Of a stretch of DNA of 64,000 nt, positions 25,759-37,482 are shown piece after piece; within the stretch, counting starts at the first letter, position 1; every line of letters starts with the position of its first letter. The notes beneath the pieces were generated by a model. It had not been told where the DNA came from and did no database searches. It saw nothing but the letters and a program-made list of their open reading frames with translations. The position numbers and the translations under genes are program-made. Location: the NCBI RefSeq assembly GCF_963921235.1, contig NC_086097.1:68822001-68886000 (forward strand), read 5' to 3'. This stretch comes from Mobula hypostoma. Taxonomy: Eukaryota.

Positions 25759-25879
25759 CTTGTAAAGATGCTGCTGCTGCTCTTCTGACATCATCAGGTC
25801 ATGGCTGTCCGTCACTATGGATTCCATGTCAATCAGCCAATCCCAGAGCTCCTGGTATTCTGATTCAAAGTCCAAAAGG
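25759..25879 (-). CDS. AKAP6: AKAP6 internal coding exon, 121 nt, phase 2 to 0 (spectrin-like repeat region)
   Basis: ctgctttccag|C CTT TTG GAC...TAC AAG|gttaga translates LLDFESEYQELWDWLIDMESIVTDSHDLMMSEEQQQHLYK, nearly identical to recalled AKAP6 LLDFDSEYQELWDWLIDMESLVMDSHDLMMSEEQQQHLYK. Lies inside ORF 25714..25911. Confidence 0.96.
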
Positions 25880-27444
25880 CTGGAAAGCAGAATTAAAAAT
25901 GCATTATGCATTATATAAATAAAATATATATTTCTGAATGTATACTGGCCAGAAAAAGTAATTGCTTGTTATAGGAACATTAAACTTGAAACTAGTCAGC
26001 AAGATTTCATTAGGTTTGATTATAAGTAGATATCACAACATGATTAATAAATTAAGGTAATAATGCATCAGAGAGAGAGACATACTATACATCAGCTTAT
26101 TCGATTTCAGCACTGGTCGCATGACAAGCAATAATTTGTCACTGTTTTAACATAGTGGACATAAATATATTCTGCAGAAAAGATTGACAAAGTTATTTAA
26201 TACCTATTTCGTGTTTTAACTAGTTTAAAATTCTTCATTTCAATTTAGTCTTGAGCATCATTTCAATTAGATAGATGAGTATCAGCAAAGCAAGAGGGAC
26301 AACAGCACTGAAGGCAAACTTGCAGTCAAAGGTTTTATTGGAAGATGAAAGTACATCAGGAAGGTTTTTTTTGGGCATGAGTGAGTATGCCAAAGCATTC
26401 AGAAGGCTGGATGCACCACTAGACAGGTAATCCCTATTGATATGTCCATTGCAAAGGTAAGGCCAAAAAGTCAAAGCAAGGAATTCTCAAAAAGGCAGCT
26501 ATGTTAAAATTCAATAGGAGTTAATTAGATTTCAGCTAAATAAATCATTAGAATGAGGAGCTTAGAAGGATTAAAGCCATGTTCAGTTCAAAGCTGAGTG
26601 CCTGAGTTAAGCAAAGTACTGGGTTTACAACTCAGTATCAGCACTCCAATGCAGCGATAATTGTGGAAAGTTCATACTGCAACAAACCTTTGTGGAATTC
26701 TCAAGATTTACCAAAATGTAACTCTTGATGATGATCCTTATTTACACCTCATAACATCAAATAATTTTTGTCATAAATTAAGAATTAAATTATGCTTTGG
26801 TATTACAGTGATGTCATTCAACAACAGTTAATGGAAAGAAAACATCTCCTTGAGGAGGATTTGTTGCCACATTCAAATGGATTCCAAAATCTGGCTCAAT
26901 AGAACGTATCTGCGTTTAGCAGGGTGGAAAAAAAGAAATTTTGCTCTGCAGATCTACAAATAGCAGTTGTTTTTGCTATGATTTCGAAGAGCTTTTCATT
27001 GGGCAAGAGCATTACTTCATGATGAATTTCACAGTCTTACATTTAGATTCTGTCTGAATAAACTGAAGCAGAATATTGGATTTATTGAGACTTACTACTT
27101 AAAAATATTCAAATTCAGGCTACAAATATTTTTATATTTTCTGAACGAATTGATTTTTCTTCAAATGTGTTCAAAAATATAGTTCCTACTTCATGTAGCT
27201 TAAGCGCACATATATTAAAATAAAATACATGTCCTCCTTTGTTCACACAATAAAATCGAATAAATTCAATTTATTTTACTTGGTTAATGCATAATCTGAT
27301 GTATTGTAAATGACTGATAATTTTAAAATGGAATTACATAATTTTCTAAAGAAAATAATGTAATTGAAAACAAATCTCAAATTATATGTATGGTGTAATA
27401 TTAATGTGTGCAATTCTGGTTGCCTCATTACAGGAAAAATGTGG

Positions 27445-27935
27445 AGGCTTAGGAAATGGTACAAAAGTTTGGCAGGATGCTGCCAAGTTTTGCAGGCATG
27501 AGCAATAAGGAGAGGTTAGGACAAATATAGGTTATTTTCTCTGGAGTGACAGGATGAGAGGAGACCAAATAGTTTATAAAATTGTGAGAAGCATGGATAG
27601 GGTAGACAGTCAAAATATTTTTTCCAATGTTAATATGTTAACATGTAGTCGAGGTGAGCAGGGGAAAATTTAAAGAATAAATTTTATCACTTGCTGCTGC
27701 ATTAGAGTACCAGAGCTACTGACTTGACTTGTAAACCCATAAGTTTTTCAGGGCATTTTTTCTACTACAGAGGGTGTTAGGTGCCCAGAATGGGCAGTCA
27801 AGACCAGTGGTGGAAGCAGACATGATGGTTGTTTTTAAGAGCTTTTAGATAAACACATGAAGAATCAGGGTGGTGGTATATTGATCATTACAAGCAGAAG
27901 AGATTTAGTTTAATTTGGCATTGTGTTTGGCACAG
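27445..27935 (+). mobile_element. Old CR1 3' fragment
   Basis: RMLPSFAGMSNKERL and TQRVLGAQN remnants plus 3' UTR. Confidence 0.65.
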
Positions 27936-27939
27936 ACAT

Positions 27940-28270
27940 CAAAATTTCAAAATTCAAAACAAATTTATTATCAAAGTAAATATGTGTTACCATCATTCAT
28001 TTTCTTGCTGTACATAAACAGATAAAACCGACAAGCAACCAATGTGCAAACGAAGACAAACTGCGAATGAAAATGATATTGAAAACATGAATTGTAAAGA
28101 GTCCTTGAAAGTGAGTCTGAAGGCCGTACAGTCAGTTCAGAGTAATGGTGAATAAGCTATCCACGCCAGTTCAGGAACCTGATGGTTGTAGGATAATAAC
28201 TGTTCCTGAAGCTGGTGGCGTGGGACCTAACACTTCTGTGCTCCCAGCTTGATGGTAGTAGCAAGAAGAA
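27940..28270 (-). mobile_element. Rex1-type 3' end/UTR
   Basis: Reverse complement LPSSWEHRSVRSHATSFRNSYYPTTIRFLN; tail ends ataataaatttgttttgaattttgaa. Confidence 0.65.
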
Positions 28271-29049
28271 TCAGTTCCTGTGCTGTACTATTCTAGGTTC
28301 TATGTTACTTTTTAAAACATGTTCTGTAAAACTTCTGCATTGCATGAATCACTTTACATGCCTTAGATTCTTTGCTGATGGTTTACAAGATTTGGAACAT
28401 CATGGTGAAAGGGAGCAGAAGTTAATTTCACATCTCCTAGGATACTTAGGAGACCTTTTAAAACATTCCCTCCTTGACTAGTGTTCACTGACAGAGTCAA
28501 GACTAGACTTAACTGTGTTAGACATTGCAATGTATTGGCTTCCTGTCACTGTCTATGCTCACATTAGGAATGGGCAAGGTATTGAAGGGAAAATATAATT
28601 CCCTTCCTTATAAGTTCCCAGCTGAGCAATTCAGCACGAACAGCTAGAAAATTGAGGAAATTAACTTCACCATATAACAGAAAGAAAATTTTAATCATCT
28701 TGACCATTGTTTACAGATTTTCTTGTGGCTAGCTCAGGTAAATATGGCTCAGCTGCAAGGGAGTTTGTCATCTCTTGGGAAACTGTGCAGCAGATAAAAG
28801 GTCCATTACTCCAGTGTGTGCTGTTTGTAGGATGGTTTGCAGTATCTGCAAGTCCCTAATTTGCTTCCTTAATGAACCATTACCATCTTGAGCTCATCCC
28901 TTCTGATGATCCTGGGGGATAGTGTGAAATGTGGACTCTTTAGGATAAATGCCCATAGTTAATTTGCTTCCTTTGTAAAAGTTATCCAGCTTGCCTTCAA
29001 CTTCCACGTATTCCTGTTCATAGAACTGTTTCTTGCTAAATGTTTGCAG

Positions 29050-29330
29050 GCAAGTTACATCTTAAAGGAACTCACAACAATCCCAAAGAATTTCACAGCA
29101 GGCAGAGTACATTTACTTGTAATGCAGGAAAACAGAACACCCAAGTTGTTAAGCACATTGTGATAATAATGAGGAATAAGAATTCTGTAATGATCTTAAA
29201 TCTATAACCAGCTGAAGAATGGGATGATTTTCCTGGTTGAAATTTTTGAGTGGAAAGTTTGGTACCTAATCACTCCCTAGTTAGACATTTTACTTAATTA
29301 ATGCATTTCTCTTCTATAAGGGTTTTACTC
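29050..29330 (-). mobile_element. Ancient Deu-domain SINE remnant (SacSINE1/AmnSINE-like)
   Basis: atcccaaagaatttcacagc..ttgtaatgcaggaaaacagaacacccaagttg resembles the recalled reverse complement of the Deu-domain SINE 3' part. Confidence 0.5.
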
Positions 29331-29508
29331 CAGTCTGTTAATGTTCGGAATAGCAACCTCACCCATGTTTCTTTGTCATGCAAATGGAACCAATTCTAAG
29401 GTGGATATACCTGACTGAGCTCAATTTTGAATTTAATGCACATCATACTACAGCTATAATTGGTATAACTAACATCAGTCACGAATACAGCTCCTACACT
29501 AATCCATA

Positions 29509-30011
29509 CAGTTAGTGGTCGCTTTACACCACAACTTATATATGCAGACATAGTCAAGAGGTTCAGTTGTTGTTCAAACCAAGCATCAGAATGGGAAGGA
29601 TATATGATCGAAGTGACCTTGACCATGGAATGAGTGTTGGTGCTCGACGGGGTTGTTTGAGCATCTCAGAAACGGCTAAACTTCAGGGATTTTCATGCAC
29701 AACAGTCTCTCAAGCTTACAGAGAACGGCATGAAAAACAGAAAACATCCAGTGAGCAGCAGTTCTGTGGGCAAAAATACCTTGTTCATGAGAGAGGTCGG
29801 GGGGAATGATCAGACTGGTTCAAGCTGACAGGCAGGCAAGAGTAACTTATGTAATGATGCATTACAGCAGTGGTGTGCAGAAGAGCATCTCTGAATGCAC
29901 AACAAATTGAATCTTAAAGTGGATGGGTTACAGCAGCAGAAAATCATGAACATACATTCAGTGGCCAATTTGTTAGACACAGGAGGTACCTAACAAGGTA
30001 GCCACTGAGTA
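29509..30011 (+). mobile_element. Non-autonomous, internally deleted Tc1 element
   Basis: TA|cagttagtggtcgcttta ... tacctaacaaggtagccactgagta|TA degenerate TIRs; internal HTH remnant GMSVGARRGCLSISETAKLQGFSCTTVSQAYRE (ORF 29567..29809). Confidence 0.85.
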
Positions 30012-30024
30012 TAAATTTAGGGTG

Positions 30025-30480
30025 TTGGGCATGATTGAGCCAGGAGATTGAGAGTTTATGACTTGTTCCAGATATTTGATCATTGGCTAAAACTCCAGTG
30101 AAACACAAACTGTCCATGGTTGGGTGAGATATTTGTCTGCAGGATAAAGTATCACATATAGCTATTCAAAGATGAGCAAGGGAGTTTTATCTGTGATTCT
30201 GTCTAAAATGTATCTCAATCAGCTTCACTAAAGAATATGGTTGATATCATTTTTGTATTTTGTGGAGCTTGCTTCCTATAAAATTGGAGGCAGTGACACA
30301 CACAAAATGCTGGAGGAACTCAGCAGGTCAGGCTGGAAATCCAAAGAAATGGAAATAGTTTCTGTATACCTGCATAACAACAGTGACTACACTTACAATG
30401 CACCAATTTATCTGTGAAATGTTTAGGACACACAGAAATGATGAAAAATATAAAACATGTGAAATAAATCTTCCTCTTTT
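30025..30480 (+). mobile_element. Ancient Deu-domain SINE (SacSINE1-like) with a pLTR fragment at about 30297-30335
   Basis: gctattcaaagatgagcaagggagtt..tgtggagcttgct..aaattgg..cctgcataacaacagtgactacactt..tgtgaaatgtttaggaca matches the recalled Deu-SINE consensus order. Confidence 0.6.
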
Positions 30481-31211
30481 TACAACTTTTCTGAGTCCCA
30501 ATCTATTAAAACATCCAAACCCTTCAAAACATTCAGTTTTCTTGTTCCCATAATGTAGTAAGTTATAAAGATGGGAAACCCAGGCACATGGGAGATGGAG
30601 CAAAATTAGTCCTTTACAACACATTTATTATGTTGTTTCTCCACACCAGAGGAATTCTTGTGGCAAGTGCATACAAAATATGTGATAATGCATATATATT
30701 TTAGTTCTTTTTATTCAATTCATTCATGACGTTATGTAACACGTAAGGCTGATCCCTTGGAAATACTTATATTGTGATTGGGTTATGTAACCTGTGTTTT
30801 GTCTGTTGTCAAGACACTGAATTATGAATCACTGAGGGTGGCAACAATAAAATTCTCTAAACTGTTAAAAAAAAACACTGCTTTTTGGGGTTATTGTAGC
30901 ACATTGAGGCTGTTGACATATACAAATTAAATAGAAGGTGCAAAAATGATAAACTCAGAAGATGTTTGTATGTATCAACACCACTTTCAAAGCCTTGGGT
31001 GCAGGAGCTAAGTTTGTCATCTGTTTTAACATGAGCAAGCTTTAAAAATGAATTAGACCTGCTGTGGGTCACTGATAAATTGTGCTACATAGTTTAGTCA
31101 TAAAGGCTGACATATTTTACTGTGTGGTTAAGTACATTGACATAATGTTCATAAAATAAATAATGCAGTTCAACATAGATTAACTAAAGAAAAACTAAGT
31201 CATTTTGATAC

Positions 31212-31360
31212 CTGTAAGTATCTAACCGATTGACTTTTGACATAGCAGCAAATTCTTGTTTCCGCTTGTTGCTGCTTGTATATTGTTCACTATAGAGCTT
31301 CAGTGACATCTGCTCCACGGCATCTCTTCGAGTTTCCAAGTTGATAAGCTGTATCTCTCC
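31212..31360 (-). CDS. AKAP6: A-kinase anchor protein 6 (mAKAP), internal coding exon, 149 nt, phase 0 to 2
   Basis: Not in the ORF track. Reverse complement reads tttctag|GGA GAG ATA...TAC AG|gtatca and translates GEIQLINLETRRDAVEQMSLKLYSEQYTSSNKRKQEFAAMSKVNRLDTY+AG. This matches recalled vertebrate AKAP6 (AEVQLCYLEAQRDAVEQMSLKLYSEQYTSSSKRKEEFADMSKV) and splices in frame to the next exon (AG+C = Ser). Confidence 0.95.
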
Positions 31361-32562
31361 CTAGAAACAGAGTACATGTATCCAGTGAACATAAATAGTT
31401 TAGCATTCATCAAACAATTCAGGATTTTCTCTGCAATCTTATTCTCCAAGTCTGGGAGTTCAGATGCCATCCTTTGAGACTCCTGCTAGTATGTGGGCAT
31501 TGCATCAATAAAAGGGCATAGAGAGATTTTTTCACAAAGTGAGTAATGTATTCTCTCTCCCTCGTGTGCTATTCAACTGTATAATTTTGTAGAATGCAGG
31601 CTCAAATTTAGCAAGATTCAAATGAAATGCAGTACTCAGTGGGTTAACAATTAAGGTTGCTTACAATTTCTTGTTTCCAAGGCCAAGTCAGGGCAAAGTG
31701 TGGGAGTGATTTTACAATGTTCAGAAGGCTGGTATTACAATACTATTCATTCAACTTTATGTCACCAGAGTTTCAAGGGTTTAGATCACTTAATTCCATC
31801 AGCACAGCTCTGTTGCATAGCACTGACTGTTGCAAATTATAGGCAGAAGCAATTTACAACAATCACCTTGTAGTCTATGACAGATATTTTTATGTAATCC
31901 CAGGTGCTTCCTCTGTTATTAATATTTTACCTGCAATGTTTTCCATTCTGTTTCAATTCTGTACTTTTAAAATCTAGCTTCAGACAGAAAGCCTTTTCCC
32001 AGCAGCATTCATTAACATTTTCAATTCAAACTGCATTCCATAACCTCTGTTCACAACACAATTAATTTATCCATATCCTGGGGTAATTCAGGACTTCTAG
32101 TCTAAGAAGTGGGTACAATGGTTTGCAGCATGAAAGCAAAACAAATTGCAGTTAAAATAATCAACATTAGTCCTTAAAAATCTTAGTCCTGGTTTACTTA
32201 ACATGTGAAAATGCAGCTGCTCATACTTTATAAGACAATTTGGCCAACTTTTAAGCTCAACTTCTCTCCCCAACTTTGTGGGATTTTATGTCCCAATTAT
32301 TTTTGTTTTGTTTTGGATTTCTTCTCAGCTGCTGAGCATTATTCCAAATGAAACAATGGGGAGACAGTCACTTCCAGACTGCTGGCATTGACATGGTACG
32401 AGGGAGTATCATTCAGCCCACTGAATCTATGCAGCTTTTCTGTAGAGCAGTCCAGACTGTTCTTCACCTTTCCCCGACCCCTTCTTCCCCCTCCCATCCC
32501 CACCATTTCCTATGATCCTAAAGATTATATTCTCTCAATTTCTCTCAATTGTTTTCTCTCAA

Positions 32563-33045
32563 TTCACCAGATTGATTCCTGGGATGGCAGGACTTTCATA
32601 TGATGAAACACTGGATCGACTAGGCTTATACTCACTTGAATGTAGAAGATTGAGGGGGGATCCTATTGAAACGTATAAAATTCTAAAGGGATTGGGCAGG
32701 CTAGATGCAGGAAGATTGTTCCTGATGTTGGGGAAGTCCAGAATGAGGGGTCACAGTTTAAGGATAAAGGGGAAGCCTTTTAGGATCGAGATGAGGAAAA
32801 ACTTCTTCACACAGAGAGTGGTGAATCTGTGGAATTCTCTGCCACAGGAAACAGTTGAGGCCAGTTCATTGGCTATATTTAAGAGGGAGTTAGATATGGC
32901 CCTTGTGGCTAAAGGGATCAGGGGGTATGGAGAGAAGGCAGGTACAGGGTTCTGATTTGGATGATCAGCCATGATCATACTGAATGGTGGTGCAGGCTTG
33001 AAGGGCCAAATGGCCTACTCCTGCACCTATTTTCTATGTTTCTAT
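32563..33045 (+). mobile_element. Young CR1 (subfamily A) 3' end
   Basis: ORF 32512..32955 FTRLIPGMAGLSYDETLDRLGLYSLE...; tail tttctatgtttctat. Confidence 0.95.
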
Positions 33046-33209
33046 TACATTCCAATTCTATTTGAAAAAAACATTGTTGATTATTCTTGTACCACCAGAT
33101 TATTCAGTATAACCACTGAATACTGAAAAGGGGCTTTATCTCACATTCACCTGTCTCTTTTGTCCATCATTTTTGAATTTTCTGTATGTTGCTTAGTCCT
33201 TGAACTATC

Positions 33210-36200
33210 ATAGAAACATAGAAAATAGGTGCAGGAGTAGGCCATTCGGCCCTTCGAGCCTGCACCGCCATTTATTATGATCATGGCTGATCATCCAACT
33301 CAGAACCCCGCCCCAGCCTTCCCTCCATACCCCCTGATCCCTGTAGCCACAAGGGCCATATCTAACTCCCTCTTAAATATAGCCAATGAACTGGCCTCAA
33401 CTGTTTCCTGTGGCAGAGAATTCCACAGATTCACCACTCTCTGTGTGAAGAAGTTTTTCCTCATCTCGGTCCTAAAAGGCTTCCCCTTTATCCTCAAACT
33501 GTGACTCCTCGTTCTGGACTTCCCCAACATCGGGAACAATCTTCCTGTATCTAGCCTGTCCAATCCCTTTAGGATTTTATATGTTTCAATCAGATCCCCC
33601 CTCAAATCTTCTAAATTCCAACGAGTACAAGCCCAGTTCATCCAGTCTTTCTTCATATGAAAGTCCTGCCATCCCAGGAATCAATCTGGTGAACCGTCTT
33701 TGTACTCCCTCTATGGCAAGGATGTCTTTCCTCAGATTAGGGGACCAAAACTGCACACAATACTCCAGGTGTGGTCTCACCAAGGCCTTGTACAACTGCA
33801 GTAGTACCTCCCTGCTCCTGTACTCGAATCCTCTCGCTATAAATGCCAGCATACCATTCGCCTTTTTCACCACCTGCTGTACCTGCATGCCCACTTTCAA
33901 TGACTGGTGTATAATGACACCCAGGTCTCGTTGCACCTCCCCTTTTCCTAATCGGCCACCATTCAGATAATAATCTGTTTTCCTATTTTTGCCATCAAAG
34001 TGGATAACTTCACATTTATCCACATTAAATTGCATCTGCCATGAATTTGCCCAAGTCACTCTGCATCCTCTTAGCATCCTCCTCACAGCTAAAACTGCCA
34101 CCCAGCTTCGTGTCATCCGCAAACTTGGAGATGCTGCATTTAATTCCCTCATCCAAGTCATTAATATATATTGTAAACAACTGGGGTCCCAGCACTGAGC
34201 CTTGCGGTACCCCACTAGTCACCGCCTGCCATTCTGAAAAGGTCCCGTTTATTCCCACTCTTTGCTTCCTGTCTGCTAACCAATTCTCCATCCACATCAA
34301 TACCTTACCCCCAATACCGTGTGCTTTAAGTTTGCACACTAATCTCCTGTGTGGGACCTTGTCAAAAGCCTTTTGAAAATCCAAATATACCACATCCACT
34401 GGTTCTCCCCTATCCACTCTACTAGTTACATCCTCAAATAATTCTATGAGATTCGTCAGACATGATTTTCCTTTCACAAATCGATGCTGACTTTGTCCGA
34501 TGATTTCACCGCTTTCCAAATGTGCTGTTATTGTATCTTTGATAACTGACTCCAGCAGTTTCCCCACCACGGACGTTAGGCTAACCGGTCTATAATTCCC
34601 CGGTTTCTCTCTCCCTCCTTTTTTAAAAAGTGGGGTTACATTAGCCACCCTCCAATCCTCAGGAACTAGTCCAGAATCTAACGAGTTTTGAAAAATTATC
34701 ACTAATGCATCCACTATTTCTTGGGCTACTTCCTTAAGCACTCTGGAATGCAGACTATCTGGCCCTGGGGATTTATCTGCCTTCAATCCCTTCAATTTAC
34801 CTAACACCACTTCCCTACTAACATGTATTTCGCTCAGTTCCTCCATCTCACTGGACCCTCTGTCCCCTACTATTTCTGGAAGATTATTTATGTCCTCCTT
34901 AGTGATGACAGAACCAAAGTAATTATTCAATTGGTCTGCCATGTCCTTGCTCCCCATAATCAATTCACCTGTTTCTGTCTGTAGGGGACCAAATTTGTCT
35001 TTACCAGCCTTTTCCTTTTTACATATCTATAAAAGCTTTTACAGTCAGTTTTTATGTTCCCTGCCAGTTTTCTCTCATAATCTTTTTTCCCCTTCCTAAT
35101 TAAGCCCTTTGTCCTCCTCTGCTGAAGTCTGAATTTCTCCCAGTCCTCAGGTGAGCCACATCCTCTGGCTAATTTGTATGCCTCTTCTTTGGAATTGATA
35201 CTATCCCTAATTTCTCTTGTCAGCCACGGGTGCACTACCTTCCTTGATTTATTCTTTTGCCAAACTGGGATGAACAATTGTTGTAGTTCATCCATGCAAC
35301 CTTTAAATGCTTGCCATTGCATATCCACCGTCAATCCTTTAAGTGTCATTTGCCAGTCTATCTTAGCTAATTCACGTCTCATACCTTCAAAGTAACCCAT
35401 CTTCAAGTTCAGAACCTTTGTTTCTGAATTAACTATGTCACTCTCCATCTTAATGAAGAATTCCACCATATTATGGTCACTCTTACCCAAGGGGCCTTTC
35501 ACGACAAGATTGCTAATTAACCCTTCCTCATTGCTCAAAACCCAGTCCAGAATAGCCTGCTCTCTAGTTGGTTCCTCGACATGTTGGTTCAAAAAACCAT
35601 CCCGCATACATTCCAAGAAATCCTCTTCCTCAGCACATTTACCAATTTGGTTCACCCAATCTACATGTAGATTGAAGTCACCCATTATAACTGCTGTTCC
35701 TTTATTGCACACATTTCTAATTTCCTGTTTAATACCATCTCCGACCTCACTACTACTGTTAGGTGGCCTGTACACAACTCCCACCAGCGTCTTCTGCCCC
35801 TTAGTGTTACGCAGCTCTACCCATATCGATTCCACATCTTCCCGGCTTATGTCCTTCCTTTCTATTGCGTTAATCTCTTCTTCAACCAGCAACGCCACCC
35901 CACCTCCCCTTCCTTCATGTCTATCCCTCCTGAATATTGAATATCCCTGAACGTTGAGCTCCCATCCTTGGTCACCCTGGAGCCATGTCTCTGTGATCCC
36001 AACTATATCATAATCATTAATAACAATCTGCACTTTCAATTCATCCACCTTATTACAAATGCTCCTTGCATTGACACACAAAGCCTTCAGGCGCTCTTTT
36101 ACAACTCTCTTAGCCCTTATACAATTATGTTGAAAAGTGGCCCTTTTTAATGCTTGCCCTGGATTTGTCGGCCTGCCACTTTTACTTTTCTCCTTAGTAC

Positions 36201-36600
36201 TTTTTGCTTCTACCCTCACTTTACACCCCTCTGTCTCTCTGCACTGGTTCCCATCCCCCTGTTGTGAACTAACCTCCTCACGCCTAGCCTCTTTAATTTG
36301 ATTCCCACCCCCCAACCATTCTAGTTTAAAGTCACCTCAGTAGCCCTCGCTAACCTCCCTGCCAGGATATTGGTCCCCCTAGGATTCAAGTGTAACCCGT
36401 CCTTTTTGTACAGGTCATGCCTGCGCCAAAAGAGGTCCCATGATCCAAAAACTTGAATCCCTGCCCCCTGCTCCAATCCCTCAGCCACGCATTTATCCTC
36501 CACCTCATCGCATTCCTACTCTCACTGTCGCGTGGCACAGGCAGTAATCCCGAGATTACTACCTTTGCAGTCCTTTTTCTCAACTCCCTTCCTAGCTCCC
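33210..36600 (-). mobile_element. Young CR1 (subfamily A), 3.4 kb: ORF1 C-terminus (SGNH/esterase-like), ORF2 AP endonuclease and RT, frameshifted
   Basis: ORF1 DGLHLNPRGTNILAG; EN NARSI, GITETWL, GVVYRPP, MGDFN, SDH; RT YRPVSLTS, YLDFQKAFDKV, GVPQGSVLGP, FADDTKL. Frameshifts include a 17-bp deletion at TGG microhomology near 34052 relative to the 55.6-kb copy. Confidence 0.97.
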
Positions 36601-37205
36601 ACTAACAGGAGTAGCTCCTAGCAATTTCTCCCACCTAAATCCACAATGATATTGGACACTGCTATCAAACTTGTTCACAACCTTTTATGCTCCAAGGACA
36701 GCCACAAATGTTGCAGCCTAACCTAATGAAATCCATCATCCATGAAACCTTCAATAAACCTCTTAATCCTCTCTATGACTGTTATATTCTTCCTAAAGTG
36801 TGGTGATCAGCACTAGAGGTAATTCTATAGTTGTGATCTAACCATTATTTTACAAAGGTTCACAGAACCTTCATGCTTTTTGCCCTTTATTCCTTCATCA
36901 ATGATTCCCAGGATCCCAATGCCCTCCCAACATGTCCTGCCACTATAAAGGTTCAATGTATGTACACACAAACACAGAAATTTCTGTTCCTATGCACCCT
37001 TGTGAAATGTGTCATTTAGTTTATGTTGCCTTTCCTAATTCTCTCCAGCAAAATGTTCCATTTGATATCCTTCTGTATTAAATTTTGCCTGTCACTTGTC
37101 TGCTCCCTCTGTTAACCTATTTATGTCATCTTGCAGTCAGCAACTCTCCTCTTTATTTTTGTTTAGCTCACCACCTCCAAGTTTGGTGTCATCTGCAAAT
37201 GTTAA
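36601..37205 (-). mobile_element. Old CR1 remnant, host of the two young copies (its 3' pieces at about 32395-32540 and 33046-33209)
   Basis: caagtttggtgtcatctgcaaat (FADDTKL) and tgtggtgatcag..ttgtgatctaacc remnants. Confidence 0.6.
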
Positions 37206-37269
37206 CAAGCACAGAAGCTACTTTAGGATCAACAAAGCCCATCTTTGCAGCAAACGGGTTAGTTTATTT

Positions 37270-37482
37270 TATTTGTTGATGTGGTTAAGGACATTGGCTA
37301 GCCTAACAAGGCTTACAATTTCCCCTTGCAACTAATGGGGCCCTGGTTTAGTATTTCTTCCATTGCAGTCTGACATTGCAGTACACCCTCATTATACACA
37401 TACCTGTCTAGATCACATACAAGTTGTGAAGTAGACCTTTAAGGCATAATCTGTGACTCAAGACTGAGAGGGCAATCACACA
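37270..37482 (-). mobile_element. Ancient tRNA-headed SINE remnant (SacSINE1-like 5' part)
   Basis: ggggccctggttta..gacattgcagtacaccctca..ctgtgactcaagactgagagggc resembles the recalled reverse complement of a shark DeuSINE head. Confidence 0.45.

Larger units (their letters stand above)
25880..31211 (-). other. AKAP6: AKAP6 GT-AG intron (5332 nt), phase 2
   Basis: GT at 31211-31210 and AG at 25881-25880 join two phase-compatible exons. Confidence 0.9.
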
